A model generated the notes under the pieces. That model did not search any database and had not been told where the DNA came from. It worked only from the letters and a program-made list of their open reading frames with translations. Positions 27,720 through 38,993 of a DNA stretch of 64,000 bases are shown piece after piece (position 1 is the first letter of the stretch; every line of letters starts with the position of its first letter). The stretch is from Myxococcales bacterium (GTDB taxonomy: Bacteria > Desulfobacterota > Binatia > HRBIN30): positions 64,001-128,000 of the forward strand of contig JBBILD010000004.1 in NCBI GenBank assembly GCA_037445065.1. Reading direction: 5' to 3'. The translations under genes and the position numbers were made by a program.

Positions 27720-28556
27720 ATGAGAAAGACGGTCCTCGGGTTGTTTGGGTTCGTTCTGATCCAACTCTGTCGGAACTCCCCGAGCCACGCACAGGTGGTG
27801 CTGTTTTTCGAAGGGATCGGCGCCGAAAGTGGTGTGACGGTACCAGGGGCGACAACGTTTTCGTTCATGGGGTCGAACTGGTCGGGCGGCGTGGTGGCAA
27901 CCGAAGGCATCAGGTCTTTGTACGCTTCTGGGCGGTTTTCTTACGAAGTCCGCGAGGGGCCGGCGCAAGTCGTGTTCGAGAATCCCGTGGACTCTGTAAG
28001 TTTCTTTTACGTCCACGGCCTTGGGTTTTCATCCGGAACGGCCAGGGCCTTCGATGACGCTGGAAGTGTCATCGCCTCGGTGAACAGCCGGGAGGCCACC
28101 TTCTTCGGGGATCCGAACAACGTCGTGGTGCTGGATCCGCAGGAACCGATTCGGCGCATCGAATTTTCTGCTGGCGTTATTGACGACTTTCGTTTCGTGC
28201 CGATCGGTGCGCAGCCGCCAGCAACGGGGACACCGACGGATACGAGCATCCCTTTGGCTTCTCCCACCCCCGAGCCTCCTGCCACGGCTACGGAGGTGCC
28301 CCCGGAAACGCCTACGGTGACGTACACGGCCTCACCCGCCGCGACCTCAACGCCGACGCCGAGCCCAGCGCCCTGCACCGGCGATTGCGACGGCAACGGC
28401 GAAGTCACGGTGGATGAAATCGTTCGCGGGGTAAACATTGCTCTGGGCAACTTCGCTTTGTCGGAGTGCCCAGTCTTCGATCCGAACCAAGACGGGGAGG
28501 TAACCATCGAGGAGCTGATTCAGGCTGTGAACGTGGCACTCAACGGCTGCGTGTGA
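27720..28556 (+). CDS. Secreted protein with Pro/Thr linker and C-terminal Cys-bracketed dockerin/EF-hand-like module
   Basis: AGGAGG RBS, signal peptide, beta-rich N-domain, PT-rich linker, CTGDCDGNGEVTVDEIVRGVNIALG...CPVFDPNQDGEVTIEELIQAVNVALNGC. Confidence 0.85.
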   Translation: MRKTVLGLFGFVLIQLCRNSPSHAQVVLFFEGIGAESGVTVPGATTFSFMGSNWSGGVVATEGIRSLYASGRFSYEVREGPAQVVFENPVDSVSFFYVHGLGFSSGTARAFDDAGSVIASVNSREATFFGDPNNVVVLDPQEPIRRIEFSAGVIDDFRFVPIGAQPPATGTPTDTSIPLASPTPEPPATATEVPPETPTVTYTASPAATSTPTPSPAPCTGDCDGNGEVTVDEIVRGVNIALGNFALSECPVFDPNQDGEVTIEELIQAVNVALNGCV

Positions 28557-28660
28557 AGCGCGCGGACTGTGCTGCCGGTGAGGAACGCGGATCGTTGCGC
28601 CGTCGCACGCGCCGCCTCGCCCGCACTGCCTGCAGTGGGCTTCGCGCGTTTTTGCCCTGT

Positions 28661-28688
28661 TGTGCGCATCCGGGGCAAGATGCGCACA
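28661..28688. repeat. Perfect 10-bp inverted repeat between convergent genes (possible terminator or REP-like hairpin)
   Basis: TGTGCGCATC-CGGGGCAA-GATGCGCACA; no clear U-tract. Confidence 0.4.
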
Positions 28689-28888
28689 CATCTGTGCCAA
28701 AATTGGCCTGGGTGAGAAGCGGTGTTCCTGTCGAGCTTTTGTGCTTCCGCTGCGCTTTTCGCCCGACGACGCAACGACGAGGCGAGGTGGCCAGCCGGAG
28801 GGAACGGTCGCAGAGGTTCACGGAGGTCCGTCGAGAAGCCGCTCATAGTCCAGGGTTCTCTGCGCAGACTTCGCGGTCCCCGGGATTT

Positions 28889-29149
28889 TTACACTCCACC
28901 GCTCAAAGCCTGTACGATTTGCACCTCGTCGGTCGGGCAGAGGGGCGCATCGAGTGCGAACACCTGCACCCCGTTGACGAAGAAGCGAATGTGCTTGCGA
29001 ATTTCGTTTTGCTCGTCGACCACGCGGAAGCGAATCCCAGGGTACTGGCGGTCGAGGTCGGTGAGCAGTTCGGCGAGGTTCGCGCCGCTGCCCTCCACCT
29101 CTCGCTTGCGCGTGTAAGAACGCAACGGGCTGGGAATCCGTACCCTCAT
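28889..29149 (-). CDS. MoaD/ThiS-family ubiquitin-like protein
   Basis: MRVRIPSPLRSYT...LDRQYPGIRFRVVDEQ...IRFFVNG...IVQALSGGV; ATGA overlap with upstream gene. Confidence 0.9.
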   Translation of the reverse strand: MRVRIPSPLRSYTRKREVEGSGANLAELLTDLDRQYPGIRFRVVDEQNEIRKHIRFFVNGVQVFALDAPLCPTDEVQIVQALSGGV

Positions 29150-30318
29150 GGAGCGATGGTCTCTGCTTCGACCGCGTAGACCTCTGGAAGGTCGCGCGCC
29201 ACGCACCTCCAGTGCTCGCCTTCGTTGCGACTTGCCCACACCTCTCCTTGCGTGGTGCCGAAGTAGACGCCCACAGGATCGCCCGCGTCCGTGCACATTG
29301 CCTGGCGTTTGACCGTCCACCACGCATGGCGCGGCGGTAGCCCGGAGTCGAGCCGGCGCCAGGTCTTCCCGCCGTTTCGGCTTCTGTAGACTGCGGGCCT
29401 GCCGCCCGGGCTTGTTCGCGGCCATACGTCACTGGCGTCCATCGGGAACACCCACAGCGTGTCGGCGTTGCGCGGATGCACGGCGAGCGGGAAGCCGATG
29501 TCACCGACCTTGTGCGGCATCGCTTTGCCGATCCGGACCCATTTCTTCCCAGGGCGGTCGAGGCGGTAAATGCCACAGTGGTTTTGCTGGTAAAGCCGGT
29601 CCGGGTCGCTCGGGCAGATGCGTACACAGTGGGGGTCGTGAAAGGCGAGGTTGGCAGGGTCGAGCTGCTCGACCACTTCGAGGCCGCGCACGAGCGGCCG
29701 CCAGTGGCGACCCCTGTCGGTGGATTCGTGCACTCCGCCGCTCGACATGGCGACGTAAAGGTGGGCCGGGTCGCGCGGGTCCACGATGATCGAATGCAGC
29801 TTGGGCCCGTTCGGAGTCCCGTCTTGCTCATTGCCCATCCACAGCCGGTACTCCGGATGATCGTTGAGTCCGCTCACCGGTTCCCACGTGTCTCCCGCGT
29901 CCTCGCTGCGGAACAGTCCTTGGGGCGATGTTCCCGCGTACCAGACACCCGGCTCGCTGGGATGCCCCGGCGTGAGCCAGAACGTATGGTCCACGACTCG
30001 CCCCTTTTCTCCCACCGCCGCGGGCGGAAAGGCTGGCGGCCGCGTTGCTTCCCGCCATGTTCTGCCACGATCGTGCGAGCGGAAGATGGTCGGCCCCAGA
30101 TGACCGGTGCGGGCGGCAGCGAGCATCGTGCGATGGTCCCGCGGATCGAGCACGAGATGGTGGACGATGTGCCCGAGGAACACCGGGCCGCGGAGCTGCC
30201 AGGCCCGCCGAGTGCGATCCGACTGGAGCACGAACGCCCCTTTTCGCGTGGCGACCAGGAGCAGGGTTCCGCCGCTGCTCGTCCCTCGACGCTTCCGAAC
30301 CTGCCGCGGTTGCGACAT
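29146..30318 (-). CDS. BNR/Asp-box repeat beta-propeller protein (WD40/YVTN-like)
   Basis: LLVATRKGAF and multiple S-x-D/N-x-G-x-x-W boxes (SHDRGRTW, SEDAGDTW, STDRGRHW, SRNGGKTW, SRNEGEHW); LYQQNHCGIYR; no signal peptide. Confidence 0.88.
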   Translation of the reverse strand: MSQPRQVRKRRGTSSGGTLLLVATRKGAFVLQSDRTRRAWQLRGPVFLGHIVHHLVLDPRDHRTMLAAARTGHLGPTIFRSHDRGRTWREATRPPAFPPAAVGEKGRVVDHTFWLTPGHPSEPGVWYAGTSPQGLFRSEDAGDTWEPVSGLNDHPEYRLWMGNEQDGTPNGPKLHSIIVDPRDPAHLYVAMSSGGVHESTDRGRHWRPLVRGLEVVEQLDPANLAFHDPHCVRICPSDPDRLYQQNHCGIYRLDRPGKKWVRIGKAMPHKVGDIGFPLAVHPRNADTLWVFPMDASDVWPRTSPGGRPAVYRSRNGGKTWRRLDSGLPPRHAWWTVKRQAMCTDAGDPVGVYFGTTQGEVWASRNEGEHWRCVARDLPEVYAVEAETIAP

Positions 30319-30573
30319 GACTCCCGGCCTCCTCCGCCGGAAGCGTACCCCTATCACTGGCTGTTCCGGACCGGCAAGCGCAGATTTGTTGCTGCTGGGC
30401 GAAGAATCGCTGCGACACTGGGTCCTGGCGTGCCACAAGGGGACACATCCGTGGCTCGAGCGAGTCCGACGTCGGCAGGGGTACGCTGTCGCGGAGGGGC
30501 GGTCCGCCTCCTCGTGCTGCGGTGTTTGCAGGGATCTTTGGTACGGGCGCAGGTCGCGCCCCGGAAACGCAGC

Positions 30574-33500
30574 TCAGGTCGCAGCCGCTTCTGCCTCCCG
30601 CCACAGCTTCCGTAAGTGGTGGGCGGTGGCGGAGTGTTTGGCTTTGCGCAGGAGGTCGTGCGGGGTTCCCATGGCCACTACACGGCCGCCGTGCTGGCCG
30701 CCCCCGGGCCCGAGATCGATGATCCAGTCGGCCTCTTTGATGATGTCCAAGTTGTGTTCGATGGTGACCACAGTGTGTCCTTTGTCCACCAGGCGATGCA
30801 GGAGGTCGATCAGGCGCTCGATGTCGGCGAAGTGCAGCCCAGTGGTGGGCTCGTCGAGCACGTAAAGGGTGTGACTGCGCGCGGGTTTGGCCAGTTCGTA
30901 GGCGAGCTTGAGGCGCTGTGCCTCGCCGCCGGAAAGCGTGTTGCTCGGTTGCCCGAGGGTGAGATACCCGAGGCCGATGTCGCGCATCAGGGCGAGGGGT
31001 GGGCCGATTGCAGGCAAGTCGCGGAAAAACTCCGCCGCCTCCTCGATGGTCATGGCGAGGATGTCGGCGATGTTCTTGTCCCGGTACCGTACGACCAGCG
31101 TTTCCTCGTTGTAGCGGCGCCCGTTGCACACTTCGCAGACCACGAACACGTCCGGCAGGAAGCTCATTTCCTTGCGCAGCAAGCCCTGGCCCGCGCAGTT
31201 CGTGCAGCGCCCTCCCTGCACATTGAACGAAAAGCGGCCTGCCGTGTAGCCACGGGTGCGGGCTTCGGCTGAGCGAGCGAAGAGCTTGCGGATTTCGTCC
31301 CACACTCCCACGTACGAGGCAGGGACCGAGCGAGGCGTGCGGCCAATGGGAGTTTGGTCCACCTCGACCACGCGCTCGACGCCCTCCGCCTCGATCTCCC
31401 GGTACGCCCCGGGCCGCGGCGCGACCAAGCCGAGTTGGCGGCGCAGGCCGCAATACAGGACGTCACGCACCAGTGTGGACTTGCCCGAGCCGGACACGCC
31501 GGTGACGCAGGTCCAAGCGCCGAGCGGGATTTCCACGTCAATGTTTTGCAGGTTGTTGGCACTTGCGCCGCGCACCCAAATGCGCGGGGCTGTAGACACG
31601 TTGCGCAGCGGGCCTAAGCGGCGGCGGGGCGCCCCCAAGAACTTTCCGGTGAGCGAGTCGGGGTGGTGTTTGAGTTCGGCGGGGGGTGCAACAGCGACCA
31701 GATGGCCGCCGTGCGCTCCCGCGCCGGGGCCAAGATCTACGACTAGATCCGCTGCTTCGATGGTGGCCTCGTCATGCTCTACCACCACCACGGTGTTGCC
31801 GCGGTCGCGCAATTGCACCAGTGCGTCCAGCAGCTTCGAGTTGTCGCTCGGATGCAGGCCAATGGTGGGCTCGTCGAGGATGTAACAAACGCCGCGCAAG
31901 TTGGAGCCGAGTTGGGCGGCAAGACGGATGCGCTGTGCCTCGCCCCCGGAGAGGGTGTCGGCGCTACGGTCCAGAGTGAGATACCCGAGCCCCACCTCTT
32001 GCAGGAAGGCGAGGCGCGGGCGAATTTCCTTCAGCACCGGATCGGTGATGGCTCGCTCTCGCTCCCCGGGCCGCAGGCGGCGGAAAAAATGGTCGGCATC
32101 CGCAACCGCCAGGGCGGTGATGTCTGCGATGCCCATGCCGTGCCACCGCACTGCACGCGCGCGCGGGTTCAGGCGAGTTCCCTTGCAGTTGGGGCAAGGT
32201 TTCTCGCTGCGCAACGCCGCCTGCCAGGGGCTGTCCCCATTGGCATCTTCACTTGCCGGCTCGGTGAAGCGGTCGCACACCAGTGAAAGAATCTCTTCCT
32301 GAGCCGACGGCGGCAGCTCTCGCACTGTTTGCTGCCACCAGCGTGCATGCCGCTTACCCCAGCTTTGTGCCTTCCGCCACAGCTCTGGCTGATCGCGGAG
32401 CAGCGACTGCAGTGAGTCTGCGAGCGCTCGATCTGGCTGCAGCAGGGAGCGGATGTCGTAGCTCACAATGCTGCCCAGACCTTCGCAGTCGGGACAAGCT
32501 CCTTGCCGGCTGTTGAAGGAAAACAGCCGCGGGTCGAGCGCCTCGTATCCGAGACCGCAATCGGCGCAAAACAGGCGCTCGCTCAGAACCTGTTCCGTAT
32601 CGTCACTGGCGGCGATCACCGTGCCGCCGCTCAGCCGCAGCGCTCGGTCGATCAGGGCAGCCAGCGGCTGGCGCTTTCGTTCCTGCGGCCAGGAGCCAAC
32701 GACCACGTCAATGTTGTGCTCTTTGTACCGAGCCAGGGCCCCGACTTGCTCGATGGCGAGCCACTGGCCATCCACCCGTACTTGGCGGAACCCCATCCGC
32801 TTCAAGTTGGAGAACAGTTCCACGTACGAGCCCTTGCGGCCTCGCACCAGCGGTGCCAGCAACCTGACCGGACCGCTGCGCGCCGAGCGCTGGATGCGGC
32901 TTTCCACTTGCGAGCGGCTCAGAGTGGAAAGCGAGCCGCCGCAGCGGACGCAGTGCTGGACTCCCAGCTTGGCGTACAGTAGCCGCAGGTAGTGATAGAT
33001 CTCCGTCAGGGTGGCGACGGTGGATTTCTTGCTGCCGCGACTCAACCGCTGCTCGATCGCGACCGTCGGAGGGATGCCCGCAACCAAATCCACGTTCGGC
33101 CGCGGGAGCACTTCGACAAACTGGCGGGCATAAACCGAAAGGCTGTCCAAGTAGCGGTGCTGCCCTTCCGCGTAGAGGATGTCAAAGGCAAGGGTGGATT
33201 TACCGGACCCACTCAGGCCGGTGATGACCAAAAAGCGGTCACGGGGGAGCTCCAGTTCGATGTTTTTGAGGTTGTGCTCGCGCGCGCCAACGATGCGAAT
33301 GTGTCCCGGGCGCTGTGCTGCAGAGGAGCCGATCCGAGCTGGCTGCACCCGAGGCATCGTGGGTGCGGTCGGCGCGGCTTGCAACGCAGCGGCAAGAAAG
33401 CGCGCCGTGTGCGATCCTTCCGCCCGCGCCACTTGCTCGGGCGTTCCCTGTGCGATGACGTAGCCGCCTTCCTCACCCCCCTCCGGCCCGAGGTCAATGA

Positions 33501-36228
33501 CCCAGTCTGCCGTCTTGATGACGTCGAGATTGTGCTCGATGACCACCAGCGAATCGCCCCGCTCCACCAACGCGTGCAACGCCCGCAAGAGCTTCTCGAC
33601 GTCGCGGAAATGGAGCCCGATGGTGGGTTCGTCGAGCAGGTACAGGGTGGGTCCGTGGTACGGGTTTGCCAAAGCCGCGGCCAACTTGAGCCGCTGTGCC
33701 TCGCCACCCGAGAGAGTGTTGAGCGGCTGGCCGAGCGGCAAGTAGTCTAACCCCACCTCGGCGAGCGGCTCCAGGCGGTAGCGGATTTCCCCGTGCGCCG
33801 AAAAGTACTCGAGAGCCTCCCGCACCGTCATGCGCAACACCTCGGCTAGGTTCTTCCCTTGATGCGTGACTTCGAGGATCTCGGCGCGGTAACGCTGCCC
33901 GTTGCACTCCGGGCAGGGAAGAAAGACGTCGGACAAAAACTGCATCTCCACTCTCTCGAAGCCGTCCCCTTTGCAGCTCTCGCAGCGGCCGCCGGACACA
34001 TTGAAGGAGAAGGTGGCTGCGCTGTAACCGCGAAGCCGCGCCAGCGGAGTGCGGGAAAACACCTGCCGGATAAAATCGAAGGCTCCCGTGTAGGTGACCG
34101 GCATGGCTCGCGGCGTAGTGCCAATGGGGGATTGGTCAACGAGGACGACGCGCTCGATGCGCTCCGCACCCTCGATTGCATCGTGATCGCCGGGGCGTGC
34201 GGCCGGCTGTCCTAAGGCGCGGCGCAAGCCTTGGTAGAGGATGTCTTCGATGAGCGTGGACTTGCCCGAACCGGAGACCCCAGTGACGCACACGAATGCT
34301 CCCAGGGGGATGGCGACGTCAATGTTTTTGAGGTTGTTTTGGCGCGCCCCTCGAATCACGACGGCGCGGTCGAGTCGAACCGGGCGTCGCTGGCGGGGCG
34401 ACGGAATGGAACGGCGGCCGGAAAGGAAGGCTCCGGTTGCGGAAGACTCACTCTCCAGCAGGCCTGCTACCGGGCCGCTGTACACCACCTGCCCGCCTTG
34501 CGCGCCCGCGGCGGGCCCGAGGTCAATGACGTGGTCGGCGGCGCGGATAATTTCCGGGTCGTGCTCGACGACCACCACGGTGTTTTCCTTTGCCACCAGT
34601 TCTTTCAGGATGTGGACCAGCCGTTCGCTATCGCGCGGGTGGAGCCCGACGGAGGGTTCGTCGAGGATGTACAGCGTGTTGACCAAGGAAGAACCCACGG
34701 CGGTCGTGAGGTCAACCCGCGCTAGCTCTCCCCCGGAGAGCGTACGCGAGGGGCGATCCAAGGTGAGATAGCCGAGCCCCACAGCGAGCAAGTAGCGGAG
34801 GCGGCTGCGGATCTCTTCGAGTACGAGGTGGGTCACTTCTTCCTGGTTCGGGGGCAGCTTCAGACTGGAGAAGAACTCGTGAGCTTCGCGCACGCTCATG
34901 CGTTGTACGTCCACCAGCGAGCGGCCCTGGATGCGGTACCAGGTGGCTTCCGGTTTGAGGCGGCCGCCGTGGCAGTCGTTGCACTCGCGGTAGCTGCGGT
35001 AGCGGGAGAGAAACACGCGCACGTGCATTTTGTAGGTGCGCCCTTCGAGCCACCGGAACCAGCCCCGTACTCCGAAGAATCGTTGATCGCCCTCGACAAT
35101 CGCTTGCCGCTGCTCGGGGCTCAGTTCACTCCACGGAACGTTGGTAGGAATGCGCCGGCGCTGGCAGAAGCGCAGCAGTTGCTCGCGCTCCCACTCGGTG
35201 GATTTGGTCGTCCACGGCTTGATGGCGCCTCCTTCGATGCTCTTGCTCGGGTCGGGAATGACGAGATCCAGATCGACGTCAATGACCCTGCCGAAGCCGC
35301 GGCAGGTGTCGCAGGCGCCGAGCGGGCTGTTGAACGAGAACAAATTGGCCACCGGTTCGCGGAAGCGGAGTCGGCAGTGGGGGCACTCGCGCTGGGTCGA
35401 AAAGCGCTCCACCCGTTGGGCAAGGTCGGGAAAGATCGCCAGCATGCGCCCCTTGCCAAAGGCGAACGCTTGTTCGATCGAGCCCAGCAAGCGAGAGCGG
35501 TCTTCGGCTCGCAGGACCACCCGATCCGCCACCACCGTCAGCGGCGACGGCAGCGGGCCACGGAGTTCGTCAACCGAGAGAGTTTCGCCGCTGATCCACA
35601 CGCGGCGAAAGCCCGAGGCTTGCAGACCAGCGAGCGCCTCTTCCCACGGCAGACCAACCGGCAGCACGACCTCGAAGGCAATGAGGGCCCTGGTGCCTGG
35701 GGGGTGTTGGAGGATGCGGTTCGCAACCGAGTCGGCAGTGGCAGGAACGACACGTTCGCCACAGTTCGGGCAGTACAACTCGGCTGCTTTGGCCCACAGC
35801 AGTTTGAGATGATCGTGTAGCTCGGTCATGGTGCCCACGGTGGAGCGAGAGGTCTTCACCGTGTTGCCTTGACTGATGGCAATGGCCGGCAGGATGCCTT
35901 CGATGCTCTCCACCTGGGGCTTGTCAATGCGATCCAGGAACTGGCGCGTGTACGCGGAGAACGTCTCCACGTACCGTCGCTGTCCCTCAGCGTAAAGCAC
36001 GTCGAAGGCCAGACTCGACTTGCCGGACCCAGACGGTCCGGTAATCACCGTGAGCGCGTTGATGGGCACGCGGACATCGATGTTCTTGAGATTGTTTTGG
36101 CGTGCGCCGCGCACCACGATCGCTGCCCTCTCCGCTCGCTGCTCGCCAGCCGCGGCTTCGGTTGCTGGTGAAGGCGGCTGGCGCTCGGCAAAGCGTTCGG
36201 CGGGAAGCACAGATTCCTTACTGCTCAT
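30574..36228 (-). CDS. uvrA: Excinuclease ABC subunit A, tandem-fused double-length form (1884 aa)
   Basis: Two complete UvrA units with four Walker A motifs ([32 protein letters not shown]), four LSGGE signatures, FSFN and CxxC zinc motifs. Confidence 0.95.
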   Translation of the reverse strand: MSSKESVLPAERFAERQPPSPATEAAAGEQRAERAAIVVRGARQNNLKNIDVRVPINALTVITGPSGSGKSSLAFDVLYAEGQRRYVETFSAYTRQFLDRIDKPQVESIEGILPAIAISQGNTVKTSRSTVGTMTELHDHLKLLWAKAAELYCPNCGERVVPATADSVANRILQHPPGTRALIAFEVVLPVGLPWEEALAGLQASGFRRVWISGETLSVDELRGPLPSPLTVVADRVVLRAEDRSRLLGSIEQAFAFGKGRMLAIFPDLAQRVERFSTQRECPHCRLRFREPVANLFSFNSPLGACDTCRGFGRVIDVDLDLVIPDPSKSIEGGAIKPWTTKSTEWEREQLLRFCQRRRIPTNVPWSELSPEQRQAIVEGDQRFFGVRGWFRWLEGRTYKMHVRVFLSRYRSYRECNDCHGGRLKPEATWYRIQGRSLVDVQRMSVREAHEFFSSLKLPPNQEEVTHLVLEEIRSRLRYLLAVGLGYLTLDRPSRTLSGGELARVDLTTAVGSSLVNTLYILDEPSVGLHPRDSERLVHILKELVAKENTVVVVEHDPEIIRAADHVIDLGPAAGAQGGQVVYSGPVAGLLESESSATGAFLSGRRSIPSPRQRRPVRLDRAVVIRGARQNNLKNIDVAIPLGAFVCVTGVSGSGKSTLIEDILYQGLRRALGQPAARPGDHDAIEGAERIERVVLVDQSPIGTTPRAMPVTYTGAFDFIRQVFSRTPLARLRGYSAATFSFNVSGGRCESCKGDGFERVEMQFLSDVFLPCPECNGQRYRAEILEVTHQGKNLAEVLRMTVREALEYFSAHGEIRYRLEPLAEVGLDYLPLGQPLNTLSGGEAQRLKLAAALANPYHGPTLYLLDEPTIGLHFRDVEKLLRALHALVERGDSLVVIEHNLDVIKTADWVIDLGPEGGEEGGYVIAQGTPEQVARAEGSHTARFLAAALQAAPTAPTMPRVQPARIGSSAAQRPGHIRIVGAREHNLKNIELELPRDRFLVITGLSGSGKSTLAFDILYAEGQHRYLDSLSVYARQFVEVLPRPNVDLVAGIPPTVAIEQRLSRGSKKSTVATLTEIYHYLRLLYAKLGVQHCVRCGGSLSTLSRSQVESRIQRSARSGPVRLLAPLVRGRKGSYVELFSNLKRMGFRQVRVDGQWLAIEQVGALARYKEHNIDVVVGSWPQERKRQPLAALIDRALRLSGGTVIAASDDTEQVLSERLFCADCGLGYEALDPRLFSFNSRQGACPDCEGLGSIVSYDIRSLLQPDRALADSLQSLLRDQPELWRKAQSWGKRHARWWQQTVRELPPSAQEEILSLVCDRFTEPASEDANGDSPWQAALRSEKPCPNCKGTRLNPRARAVRWHGMGIADITALAVADADHFFRRLRPGERERAITDPVLKEIRPRLAFLQEVGLGYLTLDRSADTLSGGEAQRIRLAAQLGSNLRGVCYILDEPTIGLHPSDNSKLLDALVQLRDRGNTVVVVEHDEATIEAADLVVDLGPGAGAHGGHLVAVAPPAELKHHPDSLTGKFLGAPRRRLGPLRNVSTAPRIWVRGASANNLQNIDVEIPLGAWTCVTGVSGSGKSTLVRDVLYCGLRRQLGLVAPRPGAYREIEAEGVERVVEVDQTPIGRTPRSVPASYVGVWDEIRKLFARSAEARTRGYTAGRFSFNVQGGRCTNCAGQGLLRKEMSFLPDVFVVCEVCNGRRYNEETLVVRYRDKNIADILAMTIEEAAEFFRDLPAIGPPLALMRDIGLGYLTLGQPSNTLSGGEAQRLKLAYELAKPARSHTLYVLDEPTTGLHFADIERLIDLLHRLVDKGHTVVTIEHNLDIIKEADWIIDLGPGGGQHGGRVVAMGTPHDLLRKAKHSATAHHLRKLWREAEAAAT

Positions 36229-36423
36229 CGCTCGTACTCGGGTGGGTGTGGGTCATCGCCGTGACAGCGCAAGCGTAGGAAGTCCGCTTGCGCGCGGGCC
36301 CAGGCGCGCCGCTTGCCCGCGTTCGCTGCTGGTAGCGCAGGCTCTGTGCAGGGGCACGGGGTTCCGGGTTCACAAGGCACGTTCCTCGCAACCAGTGTCA
36401 TCAAGTCGGATGCCGCGGGCGAG

Positions 36424-38322
36424 TCAAGAGGACGCCGGCGGTGTCTCCCCGACGGCGGAGGCTAGCAGGGCAGCGCGGATTTGTTCCGCCAATGCGCGGG
36501 AGACGCCGGGCACTTGGCTCAGCTCCTCCACGCTCGCCTCGCGCATGGCGCGCACGCTGCCAAAGTGGCGCAGGAGCCGGCGCCGCCGAATGGGTCCCAC
36601 TCCCGGAATTCCATCGAGCAGAGAGCGGAGCTGCTCGCGGCGCCGCAGCTTGCGGTGGTAGGTGATGGCGAAGCGGTGCGCTTCGTCGCGCACGCGCTGC
36701 AAGAGGAAGAGCGCGTTCGAGTGGCGCCGCAGGAAGACGGGATTTTTGCGGCCGGGCAGGAAGACTCGCTCCTCACTGTGGCGGATCGTTGGCGAGCGGG
36801 GGGCGCGTTCGACCCGGTCTTTGGCCAGTCCGATCACTTCGATCGAGTCCAAGCCCAATTCTTGCAAGACCGTAACGGCTACGCCGAGCTGGCCTTTGCC
36901 GCCGTCTACCACCAACAGGTCGGGGAGAACCCCTTCTTCTTTCCCTCGGCGCAGGCGCCGCTGCAGTACTTCGTACATCATGGCAAAGTCGTCAGCCTGG
37001 GGGACGGTTTTGATGCGGTAGCGGCGGTACTGGTCCTTGTCTGCCTGGCCCTCGATGAAGGTGACTTGCGATCCGACCGCGATCTGCCCCTGAAGGTTCG
37101 AAATGTCGAAGCACTCGATGCGCTGCGGATAGCGGCGCAGGCGTAACGCTTTCTGGAGTTCGTCGCACATGCGCTGGCGTTGTTGTGCCGTATCCCGGCG
37201 AGCGCGGAAGTTTTGTTCGGCGTTCTCGCGCGCCATGGCGAGCAGCCGAGCTTTGTCACCGCGCTGCGGGCAAAGGATACTGACGCGGCGTCCTTTGCGT
37301 TCCGAAAGGTATTCGGCTTGCGTGTCCAGGTCTTCGGGCTCCACGGGGATCAGGATCTCGTCCGGAACGTAGCGCTCGGCTTGGTAAAACTGAGCGAGCA
37401 GCATGCTCATCACTTCAGGGTCCGGGAACTCGAAGTCATCGAGGCTGTACGATTGATGGCTGGTCAGTTTGCCCTGGCGGATGAACAACACTTCCGCCTC
37501 GATAAAGCCCCCCTCGCGGTAGAGGCCCCACACGTCCGTATCCCCGCCGTGGTGAGCCACCATTTGCTGCCGCTCTTGGGTGCGCTCGATGGCGCGGATG
37601 CGATCGCGCAAGCGGGCCGCGTCTTCGAAGCGCAGCTCGGCGGCAGCTCGTTCCATCTCGCTGTGCAGTTGGCGGACGAGCTGTTGGCTCTTGCCCTCCA
37701 GCAGCAGCATCGCCTCGCGCAAGTGCTGGCGGTACACCTCCGGGTCTACCGGCAGGCAGCAGGGCGCCAAGCAGCGCTTGATTTGGTACTCGAGGCAGGG
37801 GCGGGTGCGGTTGCGGAACACCGCGTCCGGGCAGGTTCTCAGTGGAATTGCCTTGCGGATGGTGTCGAGCGTTTCGCGCACGCTCGCCGCGGAATCGTAC
37901 GGCCCGAAGTAGCGGCTGCCGTCTTGCACGATGCGGCGGGTCACGAAGATGCGTGGCCACCGGTCTTGCACGGTGACTTTGACGCTCACGTACGACTTGT
38001 CGTCCTTCAGCCGGATGTTGTACCGCGGCTTGTACTGCTTGATGAGGTTGTTTTCGAGGATGAGGGCTTCTTTGTCGGTGAGCGTGACCAGGGTTTCGAA
38101 GTCGGCGACTTTTTGCATGAGAAACTGCACTTGCGAACGCTCGTCGTCGCCGCGGAAGTATTGGCGCAAGCGGGCGCGCAGGTTCTTCGCTTTGCCGACG
38201 TAAATGACCCGCCCGGCAGGATCCTTGAGCAGGTACACTCCCGGCCGCGGCGGGACGCTCTGCAGCCGTTCTTCGAGCTGTGCTCGGGTGGGGTCGTTGG
38301 GGAATTCCGGGGACGAAGGCAC
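36424..38322 (-). CDS. uvrC: Excinuclease ABC subunit C
   Basis: PGVYLLKD..IYVGKAKNLRARLRQYF (GIY-YIG), KPRYNIRLKDDKSY, RIECFDISN, VDGGKGQL, RDEAHRFA, C-terminal HhH; start GTG 38322 chosen. Confidence 0.96.
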   Translation of the reverse strand: MPSSPEFPNDPTRAQLEERLQSVPPRPGVYLLKDPAGRVIYVGKAKNLRARLRQYFRGDDERSQVQFLMQKVADFETLVTLTDKEALILENNLIKQYKPRYNIRLKDDKSYVSVKVTVQDRWPRIFVTRRIVQDGSRYFGPYDSAASVRETLDTIRKAIPLRTCPDAVFRNRTRPCLEYQIKRCLAPCCLPVDPEVYRQHLREAMLLLEGKSQQLVRQLHSEMERAAAELRFEDAARLRDRIRAIERTQERQQMVAHHGGDTDVWGLYREGGFIEAEVLFIRQGKLTSHQSYSLDDFEFPDPEVMSMLLAQFYQAERYVPDEILIPVEPEDLDTQAEYLSERKGRRVSILCPQRGDKARLLAMARENAEQNFRARRDTAQQRQRMCDELQKALRLRRYPQRIECFDISNLQGQIAVGSQVTFIEGQADKDQYRRYRIKTVPQADDFAMMYEVLQRRLRRGKEEGVLPDLLVVDGGKGQLGVAVTVLQELGLDSIEVIGLAKDRVERAPRSPTIRHSEERVFLPGRKNPVFLRRHSNALFLLQRVRDEAHRFAITYHRKLRRREQLRSLLDGIPGVGPIRRRRLLRHFGSVRAMREASVEELSQVPGVSRALAEQIRAALLASAVGETPPASS

Positions 38323-38899
38323 GGTTGCAAAGTATAACACCCGGCACACTCGGGAAACCGGACGGAATGGTCCCCCTTGGTTGGCAGCGCGGCGGTGACT
38401 GTTGCGTCGAGGGGACAAACCCGCAGCGAGATGGATTGGGGCAGTACAGACCGGAGCTCGTAGCATGAGCAGTCGCGGGCGGCGCAAGAGGCGATTTAGA
38501 ATGCGCTGACCATGGTTGTGGACGCAACCCTTCAGGGTTGCGCTGCGACGTGGGCCAGAGTCACTGGCCCCCGGGGATAGGCGCTGGCCGCCAACCCCGG
38601 CCTGCAATGCGCAATCGTTACGCGGTTGTTTGTGGTGGCAACAGCGGCGCCGTTTGGTGGTCGGAAGGCAGGCACACTAGGAGCGCGTTGGCGGCATCGG
38701 TGCGTTTGCGATCGAAGCGGCTTGCGGGTGGCTCCACGCACGCCCACCAGGGGCGCCCCGACGAACTGGCGAAAGCGCGCGATCGGCTGGCGCCTTCGGC
38801 GTTGATCGTAGTGCTGAGGGCTGCGCGGAACAGGGGAGGAGTTGCGAAGGTGGTGGTGCAGCCGGAGGCGATCAGTCCCCTCAGGACGCAAGATTCAAG

Positions 38900-38993
38900 T
38901 GGGTGTCCACGGAAGGCCTCATGCACGGAAGGCCTCAGGGAACGACGTCCAAATGGGTGTCCATGGACGGCCAGTGGGTGTCCACGGACGGCC
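38900..38993 (+). repeat. Cluster of short direct repeats
   Basis: TGGGTGTCCAYGGA at 38900, 38954 and 38975 (last two form 21-bp tandem units); CACGGAAGGCCTCA twice at 38908-38937. Confidence 0.7.

Noticed and set aside
38323..38540. LexA/SOS box upstream of uvrC
   Set aside because: No convincing palindrome matching a LexA motif that I know.
38900..38993. Possible CRISPR array
   Set aside because: Repeats are only 14-21 bp with 7-40 bp irregular spacing, there are three copies, and no cas genes are present.
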